Shown: positions 63,633 to 64,000 of the stretch, one piece after another
How the letters are laid out: the number at the start of each line of letters is the position of its first letter
How positions within the stretch are numbered: the stretch's first letter is position 1
NCBI GenBank assembly: GCA_045534235.1
Contig: JAZSJI010000089.1
Span: 15,877-79,876, forward strand
Source: Candidatus Flemingiibacterium sp.
GTDB taxonomy: Bacteria; Bacillota; Clostridia; Oscillospirales; CAG-272
Direction: 5' to 3'
DNA length: 64,000 nucleotides
Notes under the pieces: model-generated
What the model saw: only the letters and a program-made list of their open reading frames with translations
Database searches by the model: none
Told to the model about the DNA's origin: nothing
Position numbers and translations under genes: made by a program

Positions 63633-64000
63633 TCAGTCAAATTTTATCCGAACGAGCCTTGCGTATATGAGATATACCGTGGCCGACGGAGCAAATATTG
63701 CCGCCGCCTTCCATACGTTCGTCACAAGCGACGCATCGTACGGATCGTCGGAAATCAAATGCGACAGCACGGCGCATATCGAAAATACGATGATGCCGCC
63801 AATTGCTATTTTGATGATTTTGAATACGGTGTTTTTATTAAACAGCCCTTTAAAACGAGCTGCCGCGAAAATAATAAGCACGACTGCCGCCGCAGCTTGT
63901 CCTATGGCATTTGCAAGTCCGACAGCGCCGATATCAAGCACGTCAAGCGTCGTCAAGACGGCATCCGCAGTGAGATTTGCAAGTATGCCAACAAGTGCCG
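63633..64000 (-). CDS. MOP-superfamily flippase (MurJ/SpoVB-like polysaccharide biosynthesis protein), C-terminal part
   Basis: The frame stays open to the window edge. Hydrophobic helices (GLANAIGQAAAAVVLIIFAAARFKGLF...) are typical of the last TMs of MurJ/Wzx-like flippases. The 5' end lies outside the window. Confidence 0.65.
   Translation of the reverse strand, partial: ALVGILANLTADAVLTTLDVLDIGAVGLANAIGQAAAAVVLIIFAAARFKGLFNKNTVFKIIKIAIGGIIVFSICAVLSHLISDDPYDASLVTNVWKAAAIFAPSATVYLIYARLVRIKFD

Overview
The window reads as a core chromosomal segment of a spore-forming Clostridia-type Firmicute. Supporting signs are spoIIID, glgC/glgD, an SLH surface protein, GGAGG ribosome-binding sites and roughly 50% GC by eye. 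It is densely coding and mostly housekeeping.

Gene content, left to right:
- plsY (3' part), glgC-glgD, recQ, spoIIID, mscL.
- htpG, aroC and a divergent pheA-like gene, then a phosphohexomutase.
- Two tRNA pairs: Arg-His on the minus strand, Met-Glu on the plus strand.
- A MATE pump, mntR, trxA, a SulP permease, ilvE.
- sbcCD, then a vitamin-B6 salvage module (MocR/PdxR-like regulator, pdxK, ECF S component).
- An aroB-aroA-DUF362-ispE operon.
- A long minus-strand dcw cluster: mraZ-rsmH-ftsL-pbp-murE-murF-mraY-ftsW-murG-ftsQ-ftsZ.
- coaD, rsmD, uvrC, ptsH.
- Two tandem Gfo/Idh/MocA oxidoreductase paralogs.
- An envelope cluster: MOP flippase, O-antigen-ligase-like protein and two DUF4330 proteins.

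I found no rRNA, CRISPR array, transposase, integrase, prophage or recognisable defence island. I therefore cannot point to one clear novel system.

The observations most worth a second look:
1. A THF riboswitch drives a folate-family ECF S component that is fused to an extra TM helix and a ~134-aa ectodomain.
2. An orphan consensus promoter plus a strong intrinsic terminator, with no ORF between them, upstream of htpG. This is a candidate ~160-nt sRNA carrying a CUCCUC motif.
3. A degenerate duplicate of the tRNA-Glu 3' end plus its terminator, possibly an integration or duplication scar.
4. An array of AT-rich boxes spaced in multiples of 11 bp between the two oxidoreductase paralogs.
5. The translationally coupled DUF4330 pair downstream of the Wzy_C-like and MOP-flippase genes.
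6. A lipoprotein version of trigger factor.
7. A dcw cluster that lacks murD and ftsA and whose FtsW and FtsL carry long disordered N-terminal tails.

Family assignments come from motif recognition by eye, not database searches. Start codons were chosen from RBS spacing and several remain uncertain.
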